Positions 9,624 to 19,797 are shown, counted from the first letter of the stretch. The stretch: 64,000 bases of DNA from Planctomycetota bacterium (GCA_044222185.1 JBGANV010000008.1:128001-192000); one strand, 5' to 3'. The notes: generated by a model not told the origin, from the letters alone. Numbers and translations: made by a program.

Positions 9624-11053
9624 ACAACCCGCTCATCGACGACCTGCGTCCGGGCGCCCGCGCCGCCGTGTTCGGCATCGCTCGATCGGGACTGGCGACG
9701 ATCGCCGCACTCCTCGAACGCGGGTACGAAGTGGTCGCGTCGGACCAGCGCCCGGCGGAGGAGATCGGCGCGCTGCCGAGTCACCCGCGGCTGTGGCTCG
9801 ACCTCGGTGGACACCGCGAAGCGATCCTCGAAGGCGTCGACCTCGCCGTCGTCTCGCCGGGAGTTCCGCTCTCGCTCCCGATCTTCGATGCGGCTCGCGC
9901 TCGTGGAATCTTGGTGATCGCCGAGATCGAGCTCGCGTCGCGGCTCCTCCCCGGACACGTGATCGCGATCACCGGCACGAACGGCAAGTCGACGACGACG
10001 GCGCTGACGGCGGCGATCCTCCAGGCCGCGGGACTTCCGGCCATCGCGTGCGGGAACATCGGGAAGCCGTGGATCTCGTTCGCTTCGGAGGCGCAGAGAA
10101 CGGCATGGCGCGGACTCGGCGCCGAGCCGATCTGGGTCGTCGAGCTCTCGTCGTTCCAGCTGGAAGGGATCACTCGGTTCGCGCCGCAGGTGGCGCTTCA
10201 CCTGAACCTCACGCCCGACCACCTCGATCGCTACCACTCCATGGACGCCTACGGCGCGGCCAAGGCCCGCGTCTTCGAGAACCAGCGTGTCGACCACCGC
10301 GCCGTGATCAACGCCGACGACCCGCTCGTCGCGCGCGTCCGCACCAAGGCGGAGCGATTCGAGTTCTCGCGACGCCGTCCGGTGGCCCGCGGCGCGTGGT
10401 TCGCGAACGACCAATTCCTCCTGCGACTCGGTTCCGGCGAGGCGCGCATGGTGGCCTCGCGGGCGGATCTGGCGATCGCGGGCATGCACAACGTGGAGAA
10501 CGCGCTCGCGGCACTGGTCGCGGCGGCGCTCTCGGGCGCACCGGACGATGCGATCCGCGCGGCATTCCGCACCTTCGAGCCGCTTCCGCACCGCACGGAA
10601 CTCGTGCGCTCACGCGGCGGCGTCGGCTGGTTCGACGACTCCAAGGGCACCAACGTGGACGCGACGCTGAAGAGCCTGGAGGGGTTCCCCGACGACCGGG
10701 TGTGGCTGATTCTCGGTGGGAAGGACAAGGGCGACGACTTCGGGCGATTGGCCGACCTCGTGCGGGCGAAGGCTCATCGGATCCTTACGATCGGTGCGGC
10801 CGCTCCGGCGATCCACGTGGCGCTCGAGCCGGCCGGCCTCGCCGGGCGAATCCTCCACACCGAGACGCTCGCACGCGCCGTCGCGGAAGCCGCCGCGCAG
10901 GCGCGCGCGGGCGACGTCGTGTTGCTGAGCCCAGCGTGCGCCTCGTTCGACCAGTTCCGCAACTTCGAGCACCGGGGCGAGGTCTTCAAGACGCTCGTGA
11001 AGGCGCTTCCGGAAGCTGACGGCAGCGAGGCAGCCGGGTCGATTGCCTCATGA
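9620..11053 (+). CDS. murD: UDP-MurNAc-L-Ala:D-glutamate ligase
   Basis: GTG overlaps the murE stop (GTGA); VSPGVP, TGTNGKSTTT, ELSSFQLE, DHLDRY, DDSKGTNVDA, SPACASFDQF. Confidence 0.95.
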   Translation: MNNPLIDDLRPGARAAVFGIARSGLATIAALLERGYEVVASDQRPAEEIGALPSHPRLWLDLGGHREAILEGVDLAVVSPGVPLSLPIFDAARARGILVIAEIELASRLLPGHVIAITGTNGKSTTTALTAAILQAAGLPAIACGNIGKPWISFASEAQRTAWRGLGAEPIWVVELSSFQLEGITRFAPQVALHLNLTPDHLDRYHSMDAYGAAKARVFENQRVDHRAVINADDPLVARVRTKAERFEFSRRRPVARGAWFANDQFLLRLGSGEARMVASRADLAIAGMHNVENALAALVAAALSGAPDDAIRAAFRTFEPLPHRTELVRSRGGVGWFDDSKGTNVDATLKSLEGFPDDRVWLILGGKDKGDDFGRLADLVRAKAHRILTIGAAAPAIHVALEPAGLAGRILHTETLARAVAEAAAQARAGDVVLLSPACASFDQFRNFEHRGEVFKTLVKALPEADGSEAAGSIAS

Positions 11054-12456
11054 GCATTCCGTCGGGGCGCGTGCATTTCGTCGGGATTGGCGGAGCAGGC
11101 ATGTCGGTCCTGGCCGAGCTCCTCCGACGGCGAGGATGCTCCGTCACCGGCTCGGACACGAACGAGAGCGCGGTCGTCGGGCACCTGCGCTCGCTCGGCA
11201 TCCCCGTCCACGTGGGGCCCCATCGCGCCGAGTCGCTCGGCGGGGCCGACGTGGTCGTCACCACGGCCGCGGTGACCGGCGCGAATCCCGAGCTGACGGC
11301 GGCACGGACGCAGGGGATCCCCGTCGTTCGGCGAGCCGACCTCCTCGCCCGCGTCGTCTCCGAGGGTCGCTCGATCTGCGTGGCTGGCGCACACGGCAAG
11401 ACGACGACGACGGCCATGTGCGGAGCCATCCTCGCGGAAGCCGGTCTGGACCCGACCGTGCTCGTCGGAGGCGCGCCCGTCGGTGGGACGTCGGGGCTGC
11501 GCCACGGCGGATCCTCGTGGTTCGTCACCGAGGCCGACGAGTTCGACCGGGCGTTCCTGTCGCTGACGCCGACGATCGCGCTGATCACCAACGTCGACCG
11601 AGAGCATCTGGACACCTACGGAACCGAGGACGCGATCGCCGATGCGTTCCTCGCCTTCGCTGGGGCCATACCGGATGACGGCGTCTGCGTCGCGGGAATC
11701 GACGACCCCCGATCCGCCGCCGTGGCGGCGCGACTGCGCGGACGCCGCCTCACGTTCGGCACCTCGGTCGACGCGAACGTTCGAGCGAGGGGCGTGCAGT
11801 TGAACCTCGGTGGGTCACGCTTCGACGTGGTCTGGGCTGACCAGGTCACGCCGGTTGCCCTTCGCGTCCCGGGGCTCCACAACGTCCGCAATGCGCTGGC
11901 AGCGTTCGCCGCAGGCGTCGCGGCCGGTGTCGAGGCGGCGACGGCCGCCCGTGGACTCGCCTCGTTCAAGGGCATGTCGAGGCGGTGCGAAGTGGTGGCG
12001 GAGCGTGGTGGGGTCACTTTCGTCGACGACTACGCCCACCATCCCACCGAGGTCGCCGCCACGATCGCAGCCCTGCAGGCTGGCCGCCCAGGGCGGCGGA
12101 TCGTCGTGCTCTTCCAACCTCACCTGTTCACGCGAACGCGTGACCAGGCAGGCGGCTTTGCGCAGGCGCTGTCGGCCGCGGACGTCGTCATCCTCGCACC
12201 GGTCTATGCATCGCGCGAGGAACCGATCGCGAACGTCACGTCAGCGCTCATCCAGCGGGCCGCGAGTCCGGCGGACGCGCGGAGGATGACCGTGCTCGCG
12301 TCCGAGGGTGAGGTCGGCGCCGCCGTCCGCAGCACGCTGCGGTCCGGCGACGTCTTCGTCACGATGGGCGCGGGCGACGTTCGGAAGTTCGCCGCGCCGG
12401 CCCTCGCTCACTTCGCGGCGACGGCCGACAGGATCGGGTCCGGCGACTCGACGTAG
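11050..12456 (+). CDS. murC: UDP-MurNAc:L-alanine ligase
   Basis: ATGA overlap with murD; GIGGAGMS, GAHGKTTTT, EADEFD, DDYAHHPTE, FQPHLFTRT, MGAGD. Confidence 0.95.
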   Translation: MSIPSGRVHFVGIGGAGMSVLAELLRRRGCSVTGSDTNESAVVGHLRSLGIPVHVGPHRAESLGGADVVVTTAAVTGANPELTAARTQGIPVVRRADLLARVVSEGRSICVAGAHGKTTTTAMCGAILAEAGLDPTVLVGGAPVGGTSGLRHGGSSWFVTEADEFDRAFLSLTPTIALITNVDREHLDTYGTEDAIADAFLAFAGAIPDDGVCVAGIDDPRSAAVAARLRGRRLTFGTSVDANVRARGVQLNLGGSRFDVVWADQVTPVALRVPGLHNVRNALAAFAAGVAAGVEAATAARGLASFKGMSRRCEVVAERGGVTFVDDYAHHPTEVAATIAALQAGRPGRRIVVLFQPHLFTRTRDQAGGFAQALSAADVVILAPVYASREEPIANVTSALIQRAASPADARRMTVLASEGEVGAAVRSTLRSGDVFVTMGAGDVRKFAAPALAHFAATADRIGSGDST

Positions 12457-14432
12457 CCCCGCTCGACGAAGAGCACGAGTCGGTCATACACGTCAGGCGG
12501 AGCGTCCTCGGCGTTGATGATCTCCGAGAGCACCTTGCCCTCGTGGGTGATCTGCCGCAGGAGCTTGATGTCGACCTCATCGCAGTCGAAGGCCTCGCCG
12601 CTTTGTGCGACGAAGATCCGGAACTGCCGCAGGCCGTTCTTCACCTCGCCCGTGTCGAGGTAGCCGTTCTCGCGGGGCACGACGGCGAGACGTTCAGCCA
12701 TGGGCGGATCCTCCCACGAGACCGGCCCGACGGCGTTCTGCCCGCGCAACTGGTAGAGCAGTTCAGGGTGGTTCGATGCGTAGAGCAGCGCCGCGCCGGA
12801 GACGGCGATCGGGATGTCGCTGCGCACGTGGTAGCCCTTGTGCAGTTTCTGGTGATCCCAGTCCGCGCCGTCGTTTCGGATGTACCCGGGATTTCCCTCG
12901 GCATCGAACTGGAGCTTGATGTCGTACTCCTCGGGGTGCTGAAAGACCGGAACGTCGTGTCCCAGGCCGAAGGTCCCCGTGTAGAGCGACAGGTGCATCT
13001 CGTTCCAGTGCCGGCGGAGATAGCGATAGGTCTCGCGCGCGTCCTCCTCGCTCTCCGTCGGGAAGCCGATGAACCAGGTCACCGCCACGTTGATGCGGTT
13101 GTCCTTCAGGTTGTCCAGCATGATCTCGATCTGGTCGAGCTTGTTGCCCTTCTTCATGCCGTCGAGCACGCGCTGGACGCCCGATTCGAAGCCGAACTGG
13201 AGCAGCTTGCAGCCGCCGCCGGCGAGATTGCGGACGTATTCCCGGCTCGTGTAGATCTTTTCGAACTTCACTTCGGCGTGCCAGTTCAGCCCCAGCTTCT
13301 CTCGCGCGACCTCACGCGAGAGGTGCGCCAGGGTCCGCGGCGGTGTCAGCGGATCGAAGAAGTGGATGTAACGCACGCCCTGGTTCTGGACGATGTCGCG
13401 GATGTCCGCGTAGACGTTCTCGGGCGACCGCATGCGGAAGCCGACGCGGAAGCTCTCGGGGCAGAACGTGCATTTGCCGTAGTAGCAGCCCCGCGACGTG
13501 GTGTAGAACCCGGCCGCTTCGGGGAGCATGTAGTGACTGAAGTCGATCCCGCGATAGTCCGGGATGGGCGACTGATCCATGTCGACGTTCTTGAAGAGCG
13601 CCGGCCGGACGATCTGGCCGGACTCGAACCGCCAAAGCCCGGCGACCTCGTCGAAGGGCTTCTTGCCCTCGACGGCGGCGACGAGATCGGGCAGCGCCTC
13701 TTCGCCGTCACCCACGATGGCGTAATCGATGTACTCGTAGAAGCGCGGGTCCGTGAGGATGACGTGCTGCGCGTCCGAGATACCGGTCCCGCCGATCAGG
13801 AACTTCACGTCGGGCATGACCGAGCGCACCATTCGCGCGAGCCGCATCGCGGGCGCGACCTGGCGCGAGAACGGGCAGGTCAGCGCGATCACGCGAGTCC
13901 CGAACGCCTTCAGGCGCGGGATCGTGTGGTTCGCATAGACGTCGACGTAGGGGTCGGGGGTCTCGTCCGCCAGGTGGGCGTAGAGCTGGGTCGTGTAGTT
14001 GGTGTTGCGCGGATCCAGGCTCGGCGTCAGGGCGTGGAGGAACCCGTGCGTCGTCCGAACCACTCGGTTGGCGTGGCGGAACTTCACGGGGTCGTAGAAG
14101 TAGTCCGCGTCCCGGAGGTTCTCCGCGGCCTGCCGGGCCGTCTTCATCATCTCCCGTGGGAAGAGATGGAGGCGCCGGTAGACCTGGAGCGTCTGCTCCT
14201 GTTCGGGTGTGCGCGCCGGGATCGCCGCGAGTGAGTCCGTGTAGCGATCGAGAAGTCCGAAGTAGCGGAACAGGTTCGCTTCCTCGAGCATCACGGTGAA
14301 CGCCTCGGCGTTCAGGTCCATGACCATCGTTTCGTTGCCAGCCCGCTTCAGGCAGGCGTCGAGCAGCGGAAGCGTCCCGAACGGCATCGTCGGAGGTGTG
14401 AAGTCCGGTGGATAAATCAGTGAGACTCGCAC
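12408..14432 (-). CDS. Cobalamin-binding (class B-type) radical SAM protein
   Basis: GTG start with GGAG RBS; N-terminal B12-binding domain (YPP...DLN, GDGEEAL), SRGCYYGKCTFC, FGFESG, IGFPTES. Its 3' end overlaps murC convergently by 49 bp. Confidence 0.88.
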   Translation of the reverse strand: MRVSLIYPPDFTPPTMPFGTLPLLDACLKRAGNETMVMDLNAEAFTVMLEEANLFRYFGLLDRYTDSLAAIPARTPEQEQTLQVYRRLHLFPREMMKTARQAAENLRDADYFYDPVKFRHANRVVRTTHGFLHALTPSLDPRNTNYTTQLYAHLADETPDPYVDVYANHTIPRLKAFGTRVIALTCPFSRQVAPAMRLARMVRSVMPDVKFLIGGTGISDAQHVILTDPRFYEYIDYAIVGDGEEALPDLVAAVEGKKPFDEVAGLWRFESGQIVRPALFKNVDMDQSPIPDYRGIDFSHYMLPEAAGFYTTSRGCYYGKCTFCPESFRVGFRMRSPENVYADIRDIVQNQGVRYIHFFDPLTPPRTLAHLSREVAREKLGLNWHAEVKFEKIYTSREYVRNLAGGGCKLLQFGFESGVQRVLDGMKKGNKLDQIEIMLDNLKDNRINVAVTWFIGFPTESEEDARETYRYLRRHWNEMHLSLYTGTFGLGHDVPVFQHPEEYDIKLQFDAEGNPGYIRNDGADWDHQKLHKGYHVRSDIPIAVSGAALLYASNHPELLYQLRGQNAVGPVSWEDPPMAERLAVVPRENGYLDTGEVKNGLRQFRIFVAQSGEAFDCDEVDIKLLRQITHEGKVLSEIINAEDAPPDVYDRLVLFVERGYVESPDPILSAVAAK

Positions 14433-14768
14433 TCAACCACTCCTGCGATAGTTCGGTCGTTGGTTTCGGTGGGCCGCGGCGGCGGCGGAAGCCCCGGGGA
14501 GGCACCCGGCGGACACGGTGCAGAGCTTCCGAAGTGCCGGGAGTCTAAGCCCCTGTCAGAACGCGGTCAAGGAACCATCGGCCATCGGTCACACCCGCGT
14601 TGATCACGCGTGGAGCGCGGTCAACCCGGGCGGGCGCCGCGCCGAGGCCCTCCTTCGGGCGGCGCGTTGCCCGCAAACGACTTGTGGACCACGGTCCGCT
14701 CCGACGGCGGTGCATTCCGCCTCGCCTGACGAGCTTTTCCTGCCCCGATGTGAGGCATACCATCGCCC

Positions 14769-15449
14769 GTGACCCTGCCCGGCGACCTTCGATACGGCGA
14801 TCCCTCGGTCGCTCGCGCTTACCGACACAAGTTCGAGAAGTCGCCTGCGCGCCGTTGGTCCCACCTGATGGAGCTGGGGATGCTGGCGCGCGCCCTGAAG
14901 CGAGTCGGGGCGTTCGGGACGATCCTGGATCTGCCGTGCGGCGCTGGGCGCCTGACCCCCACGCTCGCGCGCGTCGCCGATCGGGTCGTCTGCGCCGATC
15001 TCGCCGGTCCCATGATCGACGAGGCGCGCGACGCCACGGCCGGCATCGCCCGTCCGCGCGACGGCCTTCAGTTCGTCCGGTCCTCGGCGCTTCGCATGCC
15101 GTTCGCGGACAAGAGTTTCGACGTGGTGGTCTGCTGGCGACTCCTCCAGCACCTGAGGAACGCGGCGGACCGCGCGGCGCTCTTCCGTGAGATGGCCCGC
15201 GTGGCGCGGCACGCGGTGATCCTGTCGTTCTCGGATTCCGGAACCTGGCGCGCGCGCTTCCGCCGGCTGTGTGGTCGCGGCAGCGATTCCGCGCGGAGCC
15301 GCGTGGTGATCTCGCGCCAGGCGCTCTCGGAGGAGGCCCGTCAGGGCGGACTCGTCCCCGTCGCGTTCTTCAGGCTGTCGTCGGCGTTCTCCGTCGTGGC
15401 GGCCTCCGCGATGCACGTGGCCCCCGACGCGAACGGGAGCGCCTCGTAG
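14769..15449 (+). CDS. Class I SAM-dependent methyltransferase
   Basis: ILDLPCGAGR, MPFADKSFDVVVC, EMARVAR. Confidence 0.85.
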   Translation: MTLPGDLRYGDPSVARAYRHKFEKSPARRWSHLMELGMLARALKRVGAFGTILDLPCGAGRLTPTLARVADRVVCADLAGPMIDEARDATAGIARPRDGLQFVRSSALRMPFADKSFDVVVCWRLLQHLRNAADRAALFREMARVARHAVILSFSDSGTWRARFRRLCGRGSDSARSRVVISRQALSEEARQGGLVPVAFFRLSSAFSVVAASAMHVAPDANGSAS

Positions 15450-17297
15450 ATGCTCGTGTCCCCGCCCTCGAATGAAGCACCGGCGAGTGAAGCGCAGCCC
15501 GCGCCCGATCACGCGATCGTGGGCGGACCGACCCTCGCGCTGTTGATCACGGTCCTGTTCGTCGTCGGCTGGGTGTTGCCCTCGGCGCTCCTGAACCTCG
15601 TCAACCCGGACGAGGGCCGATACACGGAGATCTCCCGGGAAATGGCCGCGACGGGCGACTGGCTCGTTCCGCGACTGCACGGAGTGCCCCACTGGGCGAA
15701 GCCGCCCCTCACCTATTGGGCGTGCGGGCTGAGCCAGCGCATCCTCGGTCCGACCCACCTCGCGACGCGGCTTCCGTCGGTCTTCGCCTCGCTTCTCGTC
15801 ATCGTGACGATGGCCCTGCTCGGGCGACGGATGTCCGGCCCGCGCGTCGGGTGGTGCGCCGCGATCATCCTGGCTTCGATCGGTCACTTCTTCGCCGTCG
15901 GTCATTCGATCACGACCGACATGCTCACCTGCCTCTGCACGACGTCAGCGCTCGCCGCATGGTGGGCCGGCTACCGAGCAGCGCCGGGGAGCGACGCGCC
16001 GTCGCCGCACCGGTTCGCCTGGAACCTCCTCGCGTTCCTCGCCCTCGGCGTCGGCTTTCTTGCAAAAGGCCCGGTCTCGCTCGCCTTGTTCTTCGCGACC
16101 ATCGGGGCGTTCGGTCTCCTGCGAAGGGACTTCCGCCTGGTACCGCTCGGTCACCTCGCGCTCGGGATCGCTCTGGTGCTCGCCATCGGCTTGCCCTGGT
16201 TCTTCGCGGTCGCGAATCGAAACCCCGATCTCTTCGACTTCTTCCTCTTGCGGGAGGTGCGCGACCGCTATCTGACGGAGCGACATGGACGGGGGAAGCC
16301 GTTCTGGTTCTGCACCGCGGTCTTCCTCGCGGGGCTGGCTCCGTGGACGCCGCTTTTCGTGGCGACGTTCTGGGCCCGCGTCCGATCCCTGGGACGCGCC
16401 CTCGTGTCGCGCATGGCACCAGCCGATGTCGCGTGTGAGCAGTTCCTCCTCGCCTGGACGCTTGGCCCGCTCGTCTTCTTCTCCTTCTCGGGCTCGCAGC
16501 TTTGGACGTACGTGCTCCCGGTGTTTCCCCCGGCGGCACTGCTCCTCGCGCGCTGCGTCGCAAGGTTCGCCGGCCGACCGACCGAAGGCGCAGACCGCCA
16601 CGTTCGGGTTGCCGCGCGCATCACGTGCGGCCTCGCGATCGTGATGGCGATCGCGCCGACGATCTTCATGACGGCGTGGATGCACCGGGACTGGGCGCGC
16701 GGTGCGTCCTGCCTGGCGCCCGGTGCGCTGTGCGCCGTCGCGTGGTGGAGGATCGGCCGTCGGTCGAGATCGGCGGCCTCGCGCCTGTGGTTGCACGCTT
16801 CAGCGGTTCTGGCATTCATCGCCTATGCGGCGTTCGCGGCCCAGCTGCCGCTCGTTGAGGATGGCCTCGGCGATCGCGCGTCGTTCGCATGGGTGAGAGA
16901 CCACCTGCCCCCCGACATCTGCGGCGCGAAGATCCCTCTCACGCTGCATCCCGACGACAATCCGATGGAGTTTCCCGCCGGACGCCCCCGCCTCGTGACG
17001 TGGCGGATCACCCGCAATTCACTCAGCTTCTACACGCTGGGGCTGAAGCCCGAGGTCGTACGCTCGTTCGGCCAGGACACCATCTACGAGCTGCGCAAGG
17101 ACAAGGACGCGGACAAGCCTCCCGGCCTCGTGGAACTCCGTCGCGCCATCTCCCTCCCCGGCGATACCTACGCCGTGGTGCCCCGCGCGTACGTCCAGGA
17201 CCTCACGTCCGCCGGCTTGAGCATCGAACCCATCGCGTCACGCGGCGAGGGGAAACACGAGATCGCGCTCGTGCGACTCGGCACACAGCCGCGGTGA
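15450..17297 (+). CDS. ArnT/PMT-like integral-membrane glycosyltransferase (GT83/GT39 fold)
   Basis: PDEGRYTEISREM, GDWLVP, KPPLTYW, RLPS, LAKGP, and many TM segments. ATG directly follows the upstream TAG. Confidence 0.85.
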   Translation: MLVSPPSNEAPASEAQPAPDHAIVGGPTLALLITVLFVVGWVLPSALLNLVNPDEGRYTEISREMAATGDWLVPRLHGVPHWAKPPLTYWACGLSQRILGPTHLATRLPSVFASLLVIVTMALLGRRMSGPRVGWCAAIILASIGHFFAVGHSITTDMLTCLCTTSALAAWWAGYRAAPGSDAPSPHRFAWNLLAFLALGVGFLAKGPVSLALFFATIGAFGLLRRDFRLVPLGHLALGIALVLAIGLPWFFAVANRNPDLFDFFLLREVRDRYLTERHGRGKPFWFCTAVFLAGLAPWTPLFVATFWARVRSLGRALVSRMAPADVACEQFLLAWTLGPLVFFSFSGSQLWTYVLPVFPPAALLLARCVARFAGRPTEGADRHVRVAARITCGLAIVMAIAPTIFMTAWMHRDWARGASCLAPGALCAVAWWRIGRRSRSAASRLWLHASAVLAFIAYAAFAAQLPLVEDGLGDRASFAWVRDHLPPDICGAKIPLTLHPDDNPMEFPAGRPRLVTWRITRNSLSFYTLGLKPEVVRSFGQDTIYELRKDKDADKPPGLVELRRAISLPGDTYAVVPRAYVQDLTSAGLSIEPIASRGEGKHEIALVRLGTQPR

Positions 17298-17304
17298 GGT
17301 GAGT

Positions 17305-18381
17305 TCAGGCGTCGAAGAACGCCCGGAACCGCGGTGTGAGCCAGTCGAACTCCTTCAAGAACGCGTCGTGTCCGTAGATCGAGGACAGCACCTCGTACTT
17401 CACGTCCCGGCCGGCATCCTTCAGGACTTTGTAGACGAGCTCCTGCTCGTCGGGCGGCACGAGGGCGTCGCGATCGACGGCGATCACGTATCCGCGCGCC
17501 GTGATCTGGCGGATCCCCGCTTCGAGCGACGGGTGCCCGCGTCCCAGGTCAGTCAGATCCATGCACTTCGAAAGCAGCACGTAGCAATTGGCGTCGAAGC
17601 GCTCGGCGAAGCGCTCGCCTTGCGCCGCGAGGAACGACTCCACTTCGAACGTGACGTCGCCTGGCCGAAGGGGCCCGATCGGCGCATGGTCGAAGCGTTG
17701 GTTGAACTCGTCACGCGAGCGATAGAGGATCGTGCCGATCTCGCGCGCGAGCCTCAGGCCGAGCTTCGGACCGCGTCCCGGCTCGTAACGACCGGCGCGG
17801 TACTCGGGATCGTTGAAGATTGCGTGTCGCCCCAGCCGGCGCAGGGCCACGGTGTGCGGCATCGTTCGCGACGTCATGCTGAGCGCGATGAATCGATCCA
17901 CGAAGCGCGGGAACGCCGCGGCGAATTGAAGGACCTGCATCCCACCCAGGCTCGCGCCGGCGATCGCGTGGATCCGCTTGAGGCCGAGTGCGTCGAAGAG
18001 CGCCTTGTGAACCCGGGCCTGATCCAGCGGCGTGATCGGCGGGAAATCAGGCCCGAAAGGGCGCCCCGTTCGTGTATCGATGCTCAGAGGGCTCGTCGAT
18101 CCGTAGGGCGAACCCAGGATGCTCGCGCAGATGATGTGCCACCGATCCGTGTCGAACGCGCGGCCCGGGCCGACCATCTCCTCCCACCACCCCTCGCTCG
18201 AGTCGCTCGGACTGCTGCGAAGGTGGCTGTGCGCGGAGAGGGCTGGGAACACGGCGATGGTGTTTGCGCCGTCTCCCTGACGAGTGCCCCACTCCTCGTA
18301 CCGGATCCGAAGCTCGGGGATCGCCCCACCGAGTTCCAGTCGGAACGGTCCCGGCAGGTTGACGGATGCGGGGTTCGCCAT
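17305..18381 (-). CDS. metX: MetX-family homoserine/serine O-acyltransferase
   Basis: GWWEEMVGPG, GASLGGMQ nucleophile, RFDANCY, YGHDAFL catalytic His. Substrate is uncertain (see findings). Confidence 0.85.
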   Translation of the reverse strand: MANPASVNLPGPFRLELGGAIPELRIRYEEWGTRQGDGANTIAVFPALSAHSHLRSSPSDSSEGWWEEMVGPGRAFDTDRWHIICASILGSPYGSTSPLSIDTRTGRPFGPDFPPITPLDQARVHKALFDALGLKRIHAIAGASLGGMQVLQFAAAFPRFVDRFIALSMTSRTMPHTVALRRLGRHAIFNDPEYRAGRYEPGRGPKLGLRLAREIGTILYRSRDEFNQRFDHAPIGPLRPGDVTFEVESFLAAQGERFAERFDANCYVLLSKCMDLTDLGRGHPSLEAGIRQITARGYVIAVDRDALVPPDEQELVYKVLKDAGRDVKYEVLSSIYGHDAFLKEFDWLTPRFRAFFDA

Positions 18382-19049
18382 GGTCCGACGTGTTAACGCG
18401 AAGCGCGAGCGGGTCTCAACGCGGGCCGAGGACCAGGTTGACGCTGATTCCAGCGCCTCCGCGGCCGTGCGCCGCGCCTGCACCATGGCGACAGCGCCGC
18501 ATGGGCGATGCGCGTGCGCGTTGGAGTTCGCCGCGTCCCACGCGCCCGCGGCCTCGCCCGCGCGGGCCGTCCTGAGGACGAGTCAGCCGATGGACCGAGT
18601 GCCTCGCCGCCGACACGTGATCCGATCGCCTCGATGACGCTGAGGATTGGATGGGCCGACCGCGGGTTCGCGAAGTCGACCGCGGCCGGCATGATTCCTG
18701 AACGACCACCTTGCAGCACTTCGACGGTCCGAAGTGCCGGAACCGACGGAGGTGGCGATCACAGCGAAGTCATCGACGGCACCCGCGGAGGCGAACGCCC
18801 GACAGCGCGTGATTCGACGCCGTCCACGTGCGCGAATTCTCGTACCGAGGATTGTCAAGAGAAAACACGGTCTGGCCCGAGCCGGGGGGCTGGTTGTCTC
18901 GTCGGCGGTCCTGCGTACTCTTCCTGCCCTGGAGGTCTGGTCTGCGCATGTCTCGCATGATCTCGAGCCTCGTTCGACCTGTGACGACGAGCCTCCTTGT
19001 CAACCTCGAACCAGTTGTCCGCGGTGGGATCCCGCCCGAAACCAATCCC

Positions 19050-19586
19050 ATGACACCTCCAGCTCAAGCGCCCATGGACTCGACTGAAACACTCCACGCC
19101 TCCGCGGTCGACGCGAACTTCCTCACCACCATGGATGAGATCTGTGCAGGGACCGCGGTAGCAGTCCCCGAACTCATCGAGTCGGCCGACGAGGATGAAA
19201 CAGGCCTCGCCTTCGCGCGGATCACATCGCCCCTCGGCGCCCGCGCCCCGAAGAAGAAGGACGAAGAGGAAGACGACGACGCGGACGAGGATGCAGACGA
19301 GGAGTCGGACGACGAAGCGGGCGACGACGACGAAGCGGGCGACGACGAGGAAGAGGGCGTCGACGAAGAGGACGACGACTGGGACGAGGACGAGGAAGAA
19401 GAAGACGAAGACGACGACGAGGATGACGACGAAGACGAAGACCTCGACGACGATGACGATTGGGACGAGGACGACGAAGACGAAGACGAGGATGAGGACG
19501 AGGACGAAGACGACGACGAGGATGATGACGACGACGATGACGATGATGAGGAGGAGGACGACGAGGACGAGGACTGGGACGACTGA
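19050..19586 (+). CDS. Hypothetical protein with an extremely acidic Asp/Glu C-terminal tract (start uncertain)
   Basis: Open frame with ~108 codons almost all GAC/GAT/GAG/GAA. First and second codon positions are held while the third varies, as expected for coding DNA. Confidence 0.6.
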   Translation: MTPPAQAPMDSTETLHASAVDANFLTTMDEICAGTAVAVPELIESADEDETGLAFARITSPLGARAPKKKDEEEDDDADEDADEESDDEAGDDDEAGDDEEEGVDEEDDDWDEDEEEEDEDDDEDDDEDEDLDDDDDWDEDDEDEDEDEDEDEDDDEDDDDDDDDDEEEDDEDEDWDD

Positions 19587-19797
19587 GGTCGCCACCGTCA
19601 TGCCCGCCTCTCGCACCTGACCGACTTTCAGCGAGCGCCCGCGGCGCGCCGTGATGGAGCGCCGCCGCCTCAGCGCCCGCAGCGGGCAGCTCCAGCCCGT
19701 GCCTGGCTCCCCGCCTTGGTCGTCGTGATGACCCCGACGACCCGCCGGCAGCTCCCGCCGCCCCACCGACTGACGCCGTCGCGCCCCGCAAAATGAG

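Noticed and set aside
18385-18700. SAM/SAH riboswitch upstream of the metX-like gene
   Set aside because: I could not match the conserved core elements by eye; an Rfam scan would be decisive.
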